Shown: one piece after another, positions 1 through 12,385 of the stretch | Position numbering within the stretch: position 1 is the first letter of the stretch | Layout: each line of letters opens with the position of its first letter | Assembly: GCA_964016885.1 (NCBI GenBank) | Contig: OZ024741.1 | Location: 64,170,001-64,234,000, forward strand | Reading direction: 5' to 3' | From: Eledone cirrhosa | Taxonomy: Eukaryota | Length of the DNA: 64,000 nucleotides | Position numbers and translations under genes: made by a program | The notes under the pieces: generated by a model | Told to the model about the DNA's origin: nothing | What the model saw: the letters and a program-made list of their open reading frames with translations, nothing else | Database searches by the model: none

Positions 1-1008
1 ATCAGCATAGAGGACTGTGTTCAGATGGAGAAAAACAACCTACACAAATACGTGACTGATAGTAAGGAGTCAATGCTCAGAATTGTACTGAAGGAGAGGA
101 CAATAGACCAGGGGATGTCCAAGGAGGAAATAACAATAAGGAGAAAGAGCAGCCTTCATGAAAAATCCCTTCAAAGTACCTTCTTTGAGAAAACTGAATT
201 CAGAGATCCACAGACATGGAACTGGTTGAAAAGAGGAGACCTTAAAAATGCTACAGAAGGAATGCTAATGGCTGCGCAAGAGCAGGCCCTCAAAATGAAG
301 TGGTTGAAACACCATATTTACAAGGAGGAGGCTAGCCCACTGTGCAGGATCTGTGGAGAGAGAGGAGACTGTGGCTCACATTGTATCCGAGTGTAAACAC
401 CTAGCCCAGGCTCACTATAAAGGCTGGAGACATGATGTGATGGGCAGGGTGATCCACTGGCACCTATGCAAAGTAAACAATTTACTACATTCTGAGAAGT
501 GGTATGAGCATAAGCCAGAGTCGGTGATAGAAAACGATCAGGTGAAGGTGATGTGGGATTTTAGGATACAGACGGACAAGAAACTGGAACACAATAGACC
601 TGACCTGGTGGTTTTGGACAAGGAAAAAAGATCGTGCCTGATTGTGGATGTGGCCTGCCCATTCGACACGAGAGTGCAAGAGAACGAGAGGGAGAAAATT
701 AACCGATACCAAGACTTAAAGTGGGAGGTAAAAAGGATTTGGAACTGCCATGAAGTCAAAGTGGTCCCGATTGTCATAGGCGCACTAGGTACTATCTCAA
801 AAGGTTTCCAGGGATGGTTAAAGAAAATTATCCCCGCCATGCTTTTTGAAACGCTTCAAAAGGCATGCTTGCTGGGAACAGCAAGGACCCTCCGATACGT
901 CCTGAATATCTGTGGCTGCAGATAGTGGCTTGATATTCATTTCAAACTTTCCAGTTAACTAACATCAATGACTGAGACTCAAAGAACAATAATAATAATA
1001 ATAATAAT
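1..1008 (+). mobile_element. 3' end of an R4/Dong-like RLE non-LTR retrotransposon with (AAT)n tail
   Basis: Protein carries TEG..AAQEQAL, a CCHC knuckle (CRICGE..ETV.HIVSEC), RHD, NRPDLV..D, IVDVACP and K..RYQDL of the restriction-like endonuclease; short 3' UTR then (AAT)n at about 988-1008. Confidence 0.9.
25..925 (+). pseudogene. C-terminal zinc knuckle plus RLE endonuclease of the R4-like ORF, one frameshift near 360
   Basis: ORFs 25-396 and 353-925 join at the GA run to give a continuous CRICGEREETVAHIVSEC motif. Confidence 0.88.
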
Positions 1009-1038
1009 ACACTATTAATAATTATTAATATTAATGCA

Positions 1039-1316
1039 ATCGTGCAATGCCTGTGCGTGACGAATATTTTTAAAATGAGAAAAGACTGTACACTGAGCCA
1101 ATCCCACTCTCTGAGCGACAGTAGCTATAACCCGAAAAGAAGAAAAGGTCAACATCATCGGTAACTACTGAGCCGCAGGTTTTATGTCGGAGTTAACCCA
1201 GTTTCCTGAGATGCCTTCTCCTAGAAGAATGCCCTGACAAGGGCTAGGGGTTCTTCGCTCCCAGTGGTTTAACTCAGCGATCGGGCATCCAGCCCGATTA
1301 TTTCTGTCCCCGCGCA
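1039..1316 (-). repeat. About 280-bp dispersed repeat containing an RTE-type 5'UTR motif (copy 1)
   Basis: Highly similar to 26174-26448 with the same boundaries; minus strand reads ctagcccttgtcagggca..tctaggagaagg..ctc, resembling the conserved RTE 5' motif. Confidence 0.6.
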
Positions 1317-1467
1317 AAAAAAAAAAAAATCACTTATTGACACTTATACGTACGACATACACACACGCGCACACACACAAATACATACGCGCGCACACAC
1401 ACGCATACATACGCGCGCACACAGCAATACTCATACATACAAACAAACACACACACGCTACTCACTT

Positions 1468-1514
<47 letters not shown>

Positions 1515-1522
<8 letters not shown>

Positions 1523-1810
1523 TAAACGGAATAGAAAATGCTGACAAATTGTTCACAGTTGAAAAATGGTTTAAATAGGAATAAACAGCACGGACACTCT
1601 ATCTCAAAATTATTTTTGAAAAGCATTTAGAAATGCGCAACCGGTAAAAACTTAAAAACTTAAAACCACAACTGAATACTAACCCATACAATCACTAATA
1701 CTCTTTTATTCCTAATTAAACCATTTTTCAACTGTGAACAATTTGTCAGCATTTTCTATTCCGTTTACCAATATAGAATAACTTGTGTGTTACACCTCTA
1801 TTCTTTTAAC
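1515..1810 (+). mobile_element. Mini fold-back element in (TA)n: about 70-bp inverted arms plus a one-sided tail of about 37 nt
   Basis: 1515-1585 is the reverse complement of 1705-1773; unique tail 1774-1810; (TA)n on both sides; same geometry as the PLE inserts. Confidence 0.65.
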
Positions 1811-2574
1811 TATATATATATATATTACCGTCATTACTGATACAAGATTACAAGAGTATGTCAACTGTCGACTTTCAAGAGTTCGTATAGTTGAAGCCGT
1901 TCGTGTTACAGTTCGGTATTATTATAATTGCTTTACAGCATAGAGCTATGGCTCTCCACGCTCTGAGCTCAAATCCACATACATACATACATACATACAT
2001 ACATACATACATACATACATACATACATACATACATACATACATACATGGTGGCTGCCAACTCGTTTTCGAGTACGGCCACTACTGTATATCCATGTAGG
2101 AGAACCCCTACTGATGCGCTGAACGAGTGTGACTTCTAATTCCAGCCAGCGACATACATACATACATACATACATACATACATACATACATACATACATA
2201 CATACATACATACATACAATCACTTTTATATCTTAAGACAATCTATTAAACTATTGTTCTAAAAGGTATTGAAGAGAAAGCAATAATGACAATAATAATA
2301 ATGTTTTTATAATAACTGTAAAGATAATGATTATGATAATGATAATGGTGATGGTGATGATGATAATGGTGATGGTGGCGATTATAGTGGTGATGTCAGT
2401 GGGGGATGATTATTATTGTGATGGTAATGGTGGTGGCGGAGATGGGGGTGGTGGTGGTGGTGGTCCTGGTGGTGGTCTTGGTGGTGGTGGTGATGGTGGT
2501 GGTGGTGGTGGTCGATATTAACATGTCTTGTTCCCAGAACGATATAATAGTATCACCTGGCAAAGTTTTATATA

Positions 2575-2725
2575 ATAATTGTTTCTATTTTTGGCACAAG
2601 GCCAGCAATTACCCCAGTGCACTACTGGTGCTTTATTTCATCGACCTCGCAAGGATGAAAGGTAAAGTTAATCTCGGCGGGATTTGAACTCAGAACGTAA
2701 AGGGACTTAACTCTATGCCATGAAG
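2575..2725 (-). mobile_element. tRNA-derived SINE (Meta-domain-like core)
   Basis: Reverse complement has B box gagttcaaatcc followed by tttacctttcatcc..ggtcgat..aaataaagcaccag; many copies in the window. Confidence 0.8.
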
Positions 2726-3924
2726 TCTTACATAATAATGCTTCACATTTCAGCCATATTTTGAACACCATAACCTCATTAAGTAAAGAGTTATTAGCGG
2801 AAATATATCAGTGGGGAGGTGGATTTTCTGGAATTCCTTGGGGGAATTTATCCAGGAACTACATGAATGATATGTTTGCTTACTTCGTGTGTTTTTGAAT
2901 TATAGGAATTATTGATATTATAGGAAGCACGACCAGTTGTCTTGAAATGGTACGGTTGTAATGTTGCTATGAGATGTGAGCATGATGTTTATAGGTGGCG
3001 CATGGCACGGAGACCAAACATACATATGGTTTTAGATATGTCTATATATATATAAAAATATATGCCTACATACATACATACATACAGAATAGAGATCCCT
3101 ACACTCAATAACACCCACACCTGGACACACACACACACACACACTTACAAACAAATACATACAGACATGCATTCGTATTTACCAACTTGATGTTGTCTAA
3201 ATTCCAATGAAAATATCTTTTTCTATGTTTGAAACCGACTCTCTTTCTTGCTCTCTATTGGTGAAAATGTATGAAATAATAAAACCAGAAAGCATATATA
3301 CATACATATGTGTGTTTATAAGTTAGCCTATAAGTATGTGTGTGTATATATATATATATAATCTTAATTGATTATTTATACGCACGAAATATGAGAGAAC
3401 AATGTGACAAGCGTTTGCGGGAATCGAACCAAGTATGTATTACAGGCTGAACAACTACAGAAATCACTTCACTCTGATGATTTTAGAGGCTTTCAATTTC
3501 AGATATAGCGTATTTACATGTCTTACTGGTTAAACCGCAATTGTTGTGCCCTTTCTCATGTCACGTGACAATCAAATGTAAGATGATCAGTCACGTGACA
3601 TACACTGGATATTTCCATGCTGAATGAAACGATTCCAGAGTAAATTCAAAACAATATACTTCGTAAAAGTACAGAATAGCTAAGAGCTTTCAGATATTTA
3701 TGAATGATATGGGAAAAACCTTCATCAATTAAAACATATATAAGCAACTTTATCTAAATACATATCTGTACAGAAACATTATACAATTTAACCGTAGCTA
3801 CATAAGTATATAAACATAAAAACGTGAATCTATTCAGATAAGTCTTGTATTCTTTTTCTACAGATATGTATTTATCATACATTTATCACATAACTCAGCT
3901 GCTTAATGCACAAGGCAATATATA

Positions 3925-4135
3925 ACAGGGTGGTGGATTAACAGTGTCGGTAGAGCGTCGGACAACATGCTTTACAACGTCCCTTTTCGATCTGAGTTCA
4001 AATCCTGCTGAGGTTAGTTTTTCCGTTCATCCTTATGGGGGTCGATAAAAAATACCAGTAATGCACTGGAGTCGATTTAATCGACTTCCCCCTCCCCCAA
4101 AATCGTTGGCCTTGTGTCTAAATCAGAAACCAATG
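3925..4135 (+). mobile_element. tRNA-derived SINE, near full length
   Basis: A-box-like head, B box gagttcaaatcc, core ttcatcc..ggggtcgataaa..taccag, tail ggccttgtgtctaaatcagaaac. Confidence 0.8.
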
Positions 4136-4702
4136 CATTATATATAACATGAATTTGTGTCTCACCCGTGTATATTGTTTCAGCTTCTAACGTTTTCAAG
4201 CAATGGATATGTCAATGAATGATATTACATAAAACCGAATCACAGAAGCATACCACTTCAAAATGAAATCTCATGTAGATATCCTAAGTTGAATAACCTG
4301 CTTATCAATGTTAATGACAATTTCAAGTCTTTGCAAAACAGTGAAACGTATGAATTATTTAATGATATACAGATCCCTTTACCTTTCTACGGTTTCGCTA
4401 AGAAATGTCAAGCTACGCCGAAAGTGAATTTATAATCTTTCTCCTATAAATGTTTGTTTTGATTTTTCTACTATCTTACATGATATCTTTCTTGTTATGC
4501 CTGTAGATGTTCGTATAAATGTATGTATCTATGCATCTATGTATGTTCGTAGGTGCGTGTGTTTATATGCATGCGTGTGTATGTATGTATGGATATGCAT
4601 ATATACATACACACTTATATATATATATATGTATGTTTGGATATGCATATATATATATGCATATACACTTATGTATATATATATAAAAGTGTGTATATGC
4701 AT

Positions 4703-5120
4703 ATATCAACTAGAAATTGATTGACATATATATATATCTAAAATAAACATATGAAACAATCACAGGGAATAATTTGTAAAATTGTGTAAGCACACATAGC
4801 TAGGTAGGTAACTAATTAAAGTTTAACTAGAACTTTAAAAATAGATAACATATAAAATCCATTTATATGTTATCTATTTTTAAAGTTCTAGTTAAACTTT
4901 AATTAGTTACCTACCTAGCTATGTGTGCTTACACAATTTTACAAATTATTCCCTGTGATTGTTTCATATGTTTATTTTAGATATATATATATGTCAATCA
5001 ATTTCTAGTTGATATAAAATGTTCGGTTCTATTCATTGGAATCTTGGAGCATATTCTACATTGGATATGGTGCATGTCTCTCTGACATGACACCCTTAAA
5101 TTAATTTAATTTAATTTTGA
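4703..5120 (+). mobile_element. Near-perfect hairpin element (about 153-bp arms) with a tail of about 105 nt, in a TA-rich site
   Basis: 4703-4856 is the reverse complement of 4862-5015; 5425-5700 is a further inverted copy of arm plus tail. Confidence 0.7.
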
Positions 5121-5167
5121 ATATATATATATATTGCATATCCATACATACATACACACGCATGCAT

Positions 5168-5253
<86 letters not shown>

Positions 5254-5265
5254 CTGTGTGTGTGA

Positions 5266-5297
<32 letters not shown>

Positions 5298-5351
5298 ATG
5301 CATATATTTGCATATCCATACATACATACACACGCATGCATATACACATTC

Positions 5352-5427
<76 letters not shown>

Positions 5428-6029
5428 TTAAAATTAAATTAAATTATTTTAAGGGTGTCATGTCAGAGAGACATGCACCATATCCACTGTAGAATATGCT
5501 CCAAGATTCCAATGAATAGATCCGAACATTTTATATCAACTAGAAATTGATTGACATATATATATATCTCTAAAATAAACATATGAAACAATCACAGGGA
5601 ATAATGTGTAAAAGTGTTTAAGCAAACACAGCTAGGTAGGTAACTAATTAAAGTTTAACTAGAACTTTAAAAATAGATACCTTATAAATGGATTAATCTT
5701 CCTTGTATATATTTCATTACAGAAATATATTTCACCATCAATCTTTCGGTAAACCACAGTAGCCAAATCGGATTTTCAACAAGGAAGAAGACTTAACTAT
5801 CTGTGTTTACACAGCAAATCCAAATCTGCGAATGACTAGTAGCACGTGTTGCACTTATCAAAAATACACACATCGTACCAGCTTCATCTCAGTGGCGTGA
5901 ATAGGGTTATGGCAAATCCTCCCGAGGTAGTTAAAATAAAATTTATTAAGAAGGGTATATTCGATTAAATTGACTAGTGTTGGTGTAATCGATTTTACTC
6001 TTCCCCACACATTACTAGACACGTGCCTA

Positions 6030-6605
6030 TGGGCTTGGTAAGACGTTGGACAAAGACTCTTTGCAATATTTAGTTACGATCATTTATGGTCTCAGTTCAA
6101 ATGTAAACTTTGTTTTTCATCTGTAGAGTACCAGTGAACTATTGGATTGATTTAATCGACGTTTCTCACCCCTAAAATTGCAGACCTTGTTCCTGAATTA
6201 GAAACCATTATTGCTATCAAGTATGGTATTCGTTTCCGTTCTCTGCTCTCTAAGTCCAAATCCCACCGAGGTCAACTTTGCTTTTCATCCTTTCGATGTC
6301 GAAAAAAAAGTATCAGTCTAATACTGGAGTCGATTCTGCTTCTATATCTTTTTCTCATTTCCTCTCTGTCACTTTTTATCTTTCTCTGGAAAAAATATGA
6401 TGTACTCAGGACTGGAGAGAGATGGGCTCCGCCAGGCTTAAAGTGCTCAAGAAACGCCGTATGTCAATACGGCGTCCCTACGACTCTATCAGGAGTTACA
6501 CGGCCATGCATGCATACATTGCTATCAAGGCGAATACCACAATTTATAATCTCAGTTCTAATCTCACCGAAATCAACTTTGCTTTGCGTCTTTAAAGGAT
6601 GATAA
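6030..6605 (+). mobile_element. Cluster of three diverged SINE copies (about 6030-6210, 6220-6335, 6525-6605)
   Basis: Repeated degenerate gttcaaat / aactttgcttttcatc / gtcga motifs of the same SINE family. Confidence 0.65.
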
Positions 6606-7499
6606 TGTACTCGTAGATATAATCACAGTGGAGTACTGGTGGTACATAGAGGCAGTGAACCAATGTGAGAACCTAACATTCGCACTATCATGTTTGAATA
6701 CTTAATATTTGTTTGTTTGTTTGTTTTGTTGTTGTTTTTTGTTGCAACATTCATGTCCATAACATCTGTTAAGGTATGTGAATTCTCTTCAGGCTTTTAT
6801 CATTCGTAGCATACAAAGAAATTTTTGTTGTGCAGCTGGAATATAATGACAACATTATAAGAAGTGTCGACAAACTGTTAAATAACAACCAGAAATGCCA
6901 ACTAGATCTTCAATTAGTTGCGTCCTTGCTCTTTGTCCTCGCGGCAGACTAACATATCTAAATGTGTGCGTTTTACTACTCAAGTAAAGTTTAGCGGAAC
7001 TACCTCTGCCCGAAAGCAACTACCATATAGAAAATCAACAGTTTCTTTGGCCTCGTAAATTTAACTTATTTCCAGATTTTTTTTTTTCTCCTTGATATTT
7101 CTCAATTTTATTTGTTTTCTTTATTCAATACTTTTCGCTGTTATTTTATATCTAATTACTTAGAAAATATATAAGAAGTATTAAGAATGTATTAAAGAGT
7201 AGAGTAAGAAAAGAATGTGTCATAAAGGCACCAAACATTATTAATTATTAATTAAATATTTTTGGTAAAAATTCCAGTTGCATTAAATTCTTTATTTAGG
7301 TATTTCGTGTCCTACTCTGGTTCACGTGCCAGATGTAAATAACTACTTGTTTTGCTGTTGTTTTGGTTGTTATTGTTTTATATTTATATATGTTTATCAG
7401 AAAATAGCAACAGTTTATCAGGTTTTCAATCAGAAATAAGGTGAAAAGTGGGGAAGGTAAAATGGATATTTTATTTTATACTAATTCTATTTCAGCACG

Positions 7500-7635
7500 A
7501 ATTGGCAGAATCATTAGTAAGTCGGATATAACGATTTGCAGCAGCTCTTCCGGCTCTCTGTACCTTCTGAGTTCAAATACTGCTAAGGGTAATTTGCTTT
7601 CCATTATTTTGAGATCGATAAATAAAGTTCCAATC
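7500..7635 (+). mobile_element. Diverged SINE copy
   Basis: ggcagaatcattag..ctgagttcaaatac..tttgctttccat..gatcgataaataaag. Confidence 0.65.
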
Positions 7636-9109
7636 TTCTGTACACTCTCCTTCTTTCTCTCTAGCAGATATCCTCTGTCTCTTAAGATATAATCTCTGAA
7701 ATACATTAACGGGAATTGCAATGGGATCGTCTGTGCTGTGATTTCCAATGAAAATCATATCGTTGCTGAGGTGACGCATACCACGTTAAGATGTATTCGG
7801 ATCTCCTAAAGGGTTAAATATTTCTTACTGTTAAAATACCAATCGTGGAACTTTTGCAATATTAGAAACATTAGGCTCCCTCAAGTAATTCTTGGAGTTT
7901 AAGTGAAGAAGATATCATTTAATTTAAAGGGTATTTTATGCATCGTCTAATTAAAAGTATGTATTATTTGAGGGGGAGTTTTTTCTTTTAATTCAATATT
8001 CCAGTAGCATAACAAAACCATTAAGCTCGTATATTCTTCTCCTTCCATACAAAATGGGCAAAAACGCCAGGAGAAATGCCAGTAAAATTATTGATTTTTT
8101 ATTTTATTTCAGAAAGCTAAATTTTTTAATGAAGTTATTTATTGTATTCATATTATTTTACACGATTCATGTTTAGTCATCATTAAATGGAAACGCTTAA
8201 TGCTTCAGGCATGATTTTTTGTAAAATGTTAATCATACTCTCAGTAAACAGTTTCAATGATGTAACGATGTAGAATCGCAGCAATTTACCTGACATGCCT
8301 TAATATTAAAGCTTTAACGATCTTCAATTCTGCTTTGTTATAGTGATCAGCCATAAAATTTCAATATATGGAGAAATATTTTGACACATTTAGTAGAAAG
8401 TGAAATTACTAACTATGAGTTGAGAATGCATTTGGTAAAATTTACTTTTCTACATTATATTTATTGAATTATCATACATTGGTTCGAAGTAACTATTACG
8501 AAGTTATATTGCATCTATAACGAGATAACCAATGGAACAAATATGCGAGACAATTTGTTCCAACGACATCGTCATGTTAAACATTTCCATTTTAATTCAA
8601 TATTGTGACCTGAATCAACGTGAAGAACTGTAATCTCTGGCGAAGTACCATCTCTGTACAAATTAATTCCATGTGCCTAAAGGCTTCGTGCGTATGACTA
8701 GTCTCAACTGTAATTATCGTTCGCCTGAAATATTTCATATGCAACTGTATTTTAACAAGGACAAGTATTCCTAAATAGTTTATCGATGAAAATAATGCTG
8801 GGACACCTTTATTCATATGAGTGCTCAATCATTTTTGACCTGAAGCTAAACAGGAACAACAATAGAAACAGTGTCAACTATATCAGTCTTATTGTCTCTT
8901 TACCTCTTTATTGAACTGGATTTAAGCTTTGAGGGTGATGGGATGAAACATGACGATGATGACGATGAAGGAGATGTCAATTACAGATCAACAACACCAC
9001 AAGTAAAATGAAATTATTACATGATCCACGTGACAGGTGCAATGTGTCCGAACACACACTGCCATCGCCTCCATCTCTCTCGCCTTTCCCATCTCTCTAT
9101 GTTGTGAGA

Positions 9110-9272
9110 AAATGGGATCCCACGCGCTGGCCGACCCATAGCCCCAGCGGACAGAATGTAGAAGGCGATTCCCCGGATGATCGTAAGAGAGATGCGCTGG
9201 ACGAGCTATTCCATCTCGCGAGGCTCACATCTGCGGCTGGCCAGCTCAGCGACTATGGTGGCGAGTATGTCT
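9110..9272 (-). mobile_element. CRE-like RLE LINE 3' fragment
   Basis: Homologous to 30271-30462 (cagaatgtagaagg, gctcacatctgcggctggccagctcagcg). Confidence 0.6.
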
Positions 9273-9339
9273 TATAATATGACCAAGTATTATCGGGTAT
9301 TGAATTTCTTATTGAATAGTTCATGTCATTTGTGTTACA

Positions 9340-9555
9340 ATAATTATTTCTACTTTAGGCACAAGGTCAACAGTTTTGGGAAGGGGAAAGTCGATTAGAT
9401 CGATTCCAATGCATTACAGGTGCTTTATTCTATCGACCCCGTAAGGATGAAAGGAAAAGCCAACCTCGGCGGGATTTGAACTCAGAATTTAAAGGGCCGT
9501 AACTATATGCTGTAAAGCATGGGGTCCGACGCTCTCCCGACTACTATAATGCCAT
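9340..9555 (-). mobile_element. tRNA-derived SINE
   Basis: Reverse complement of the B box (ggatttgaactcag) and core (tatcgaccccgtaaggatgaaagg). Confidence 0.8.
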
Positions 9556-10403
9556 TTTATTTGAGAGATTAATGGAAATTTGGACAAATAAAAATACAAA
9601 CGTACACTCCGGCAAGACTCGAACTTGGAGTGGAAACTACGCTATGAAGATAGCTAGGGCGCGCAATTATTTATTCAAGGATTCACTAATCGTTCCTGTT
9701 ATATAAGGTTGAACTGATGCGAGCAAAATGCAATTTGCAATTTCTGTCAATGTCAAAAGAATTTCTGCAACATTAATCAAACATCTTTTAAGCGTCTTGT
9801 AGCATTTAAAAGTCATCTTTGCAAAGAAATATTATTTCTCATTGACTCTATAACAACATTTATTTTGATATAGAATACAATTTAAAGGACACAACTTTAT
9901 AAGAAAACTTGCCACTTGTAATTATTTGAAAAAACAGTGCGGTAGAGTAAATCGTACAGATGTTGAATAAATATGAATTTTTCTAGAATATTTTCATTTG
10001 AAACTACGCAAACATACGTAGCAAGCTTAGCGGAATTATTAAGAAGTTAACTTCACAGTTATGGGGTTCTGGGTTTCATCCCCGCTGTGTGACATTTTTT
10101 TTTCTTCTTCTTCACTACAGCCTCCAGTCAACCTAAGTTTTATGAGTGAAATTAGGTAGGCGTAGACCATTTAGAAGTCGACGAATTGACAGAGCAATTA
10201 GAAAGAAGAAGAAGAAGAAGAAGAAGAAGAAGAAGAAGAAGAAGAAGACAACATTGGCAGCTTGCGAAACACTCGGTCATATAACAGTGCTCCTACTTTC
10301 AGAGGTGAACTACACGCCACCTACTATGGGTTCTGCTAATTCAAATCTGAATGTCTGTCTATTTATATATTTTATATTTCCCATTTTTTTCTCGCACTCT
10401 CTG

Positions 10404-10450
<47 letters not shown>

Positions 10451-10593
10451 GTTAAAATACTGGAGTGTGTTGGAGTTAAACACCCTCTTCGTATTATAGA
10501 AATGACAGTAAAAGGTATAGCTCAATGTAGTTAAACAGAGCCGAAAAATTAAGAGAGTAAAACAAAGAAGCCTTCAATACATCAAAAGTCTTT

Positions 10594-10639
10594 ATTAGCC
10601 GACAATGTTTCGTCCTATTAAGGACTCATCAGGGCAATT
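10594..10639 (-). ncRNA. Type I hammerhead ribozyme, canonical core
   Basis: Minus strand: gcc CTGATGA gtcc-ttaata-ggac GAAA cattg TC ggc; GUC cleavage triplet. Confidence 0.9.
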
Positions 10640-12385
10640 AAAACAACAAGAAGTAATATCGGCAGATACAAGCCGGAAGCTCCGAAGAATATGGAGTGTA
10701 CATACACTGAAGTATTACAAAAATATATAATAAAAATATATGATAATAATTACCAATATAGTCCAAAGCAAAAACTAGAGCTAAACAAAGGTGGTTATAT
10801 AGAGCAGGAATTTTATATAATACAATATAACATACTATAATATACCTTTACCAACATTAAAATTAAAAATTACAATAAAAATCAAAAGATACAATATGCA
10901 TATGTATATATGTGCGCACACGTACACACACATACACATACAACAATACACACATCCATCTTCCACTGCACAAATTAAACCTTATTAAGAATTTGAATAT
11001 AAAAATAAGCATGATAGGAATGAAAATAATAATAATAATAATACTAATACATCTACCCAATATACATGAGGTAATAATATGATATAATTATAAGTAACAC
11101 ATATAATAATAAATAATACAATTATATACTATATAATACAATATAATAGAATAGATAATCTCCGGTTAATTTACACAAACAATATAGATGTCACAATAAT
11201 AATATAATAATAATAACATTTACAATATACAATATACTAACATTTATCAATGTACTCAAGTTAACAAATCGATTCATATTGGGTTACAGAGTAGGTGAGG
11301 AAAAATAAATTGTACAATACCTCAAAAAACTTATGATGGTACAGAAGTAGAAACATCATACATGATATATAAAGTTTAACATATAATGTTACATATAATT
11401 AACGGTAAGTAATAAGGATCAATATTACAATAAAAAATACAATATAATATAATATATTATATAAAATAAATTAATACAATATAATATATAATTACTTATA
11501 ACTACAAGGTTGGTAGACAGACATGTATATGGATGATTGAGTAAGTGCCAGACAGTAAATATAATGCACAGTAGTATTACAAATAAAATATAAAATATAA
11601 AATATAGAATAAAATAAATAAATAGAATCAACCGGAAATTAAAAAACAAAAACAAACGTATACATTTAGGTTTCACATGCAGTTAAGTAGTTAAGTAAAA
11701 GCTAAGGAAACAACCCCTGTAAATGACTCGAAAACCCTATTTGATAAATTAATATTAAAAATATTTAAACTATCCAATAAGGCAGTATAATATTGGCTAT
11801 AGTTTAAGTCATTAAAGTTTATAAACGTTAATATTTCGTTCCAAATGTTTACAAAAAGGAATGAAAATTGTTTATTATCATATACATAACGATATCCAAA
11901 GAACTGACTTAAGCAGAATTAAGGTAGGCTAATAGGGATAGAAATGAAGAAATGTATGGAGGATGCAAAGGGGCATAAAATATAGTCGATATACTATATT
12001 ACATAATAGAAAGGAGTGTAAAAGAGGGGGGTTAAAAAAAATATAATATAATCATAGTCAATTTGGAGGGGTTGACAATAAGTTTATGTGCGCATGGGGG
12101 GTGAAGGGGGGGGGGGGTCCAAAGAAGAATCCGAATAAAGATAAAAATAAAAATAAGAATAAGAATAAGAATAAAATAAATAAATAGCATAAAATATATA
12201 ATCTTATATACATTCGTAAGGTGTAACAGTGAAAATTTAATGCGTAAGAAGATAGATGTGGTACAGTAGCCAAAAGATTATGAGATCTAGAATGAAGAGT
12301 CATCAAAATCCAATTATAATAATGATGATAATAATAATGTTGGTAAACAAAAGGACCTAAACTAAAAACTAAATAATGGAATATA

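Noticed and set aside
1541-1575. CTGACAA..GAAA in the 1515-1810 arm as a hammerhead
   Set aside because: C3.A8 mismatch and no stem I; at most a relic.
3474-3480. CTGATGA box (also one on the minus strand near 15200)
   Set aside because: No correctly placed GAAA, stem III and stem I partner.
7476-7779. Minus-strand ORFs as a host gene
   Set aside because: Largely antisense to a SINE copy; no domain recognisable.
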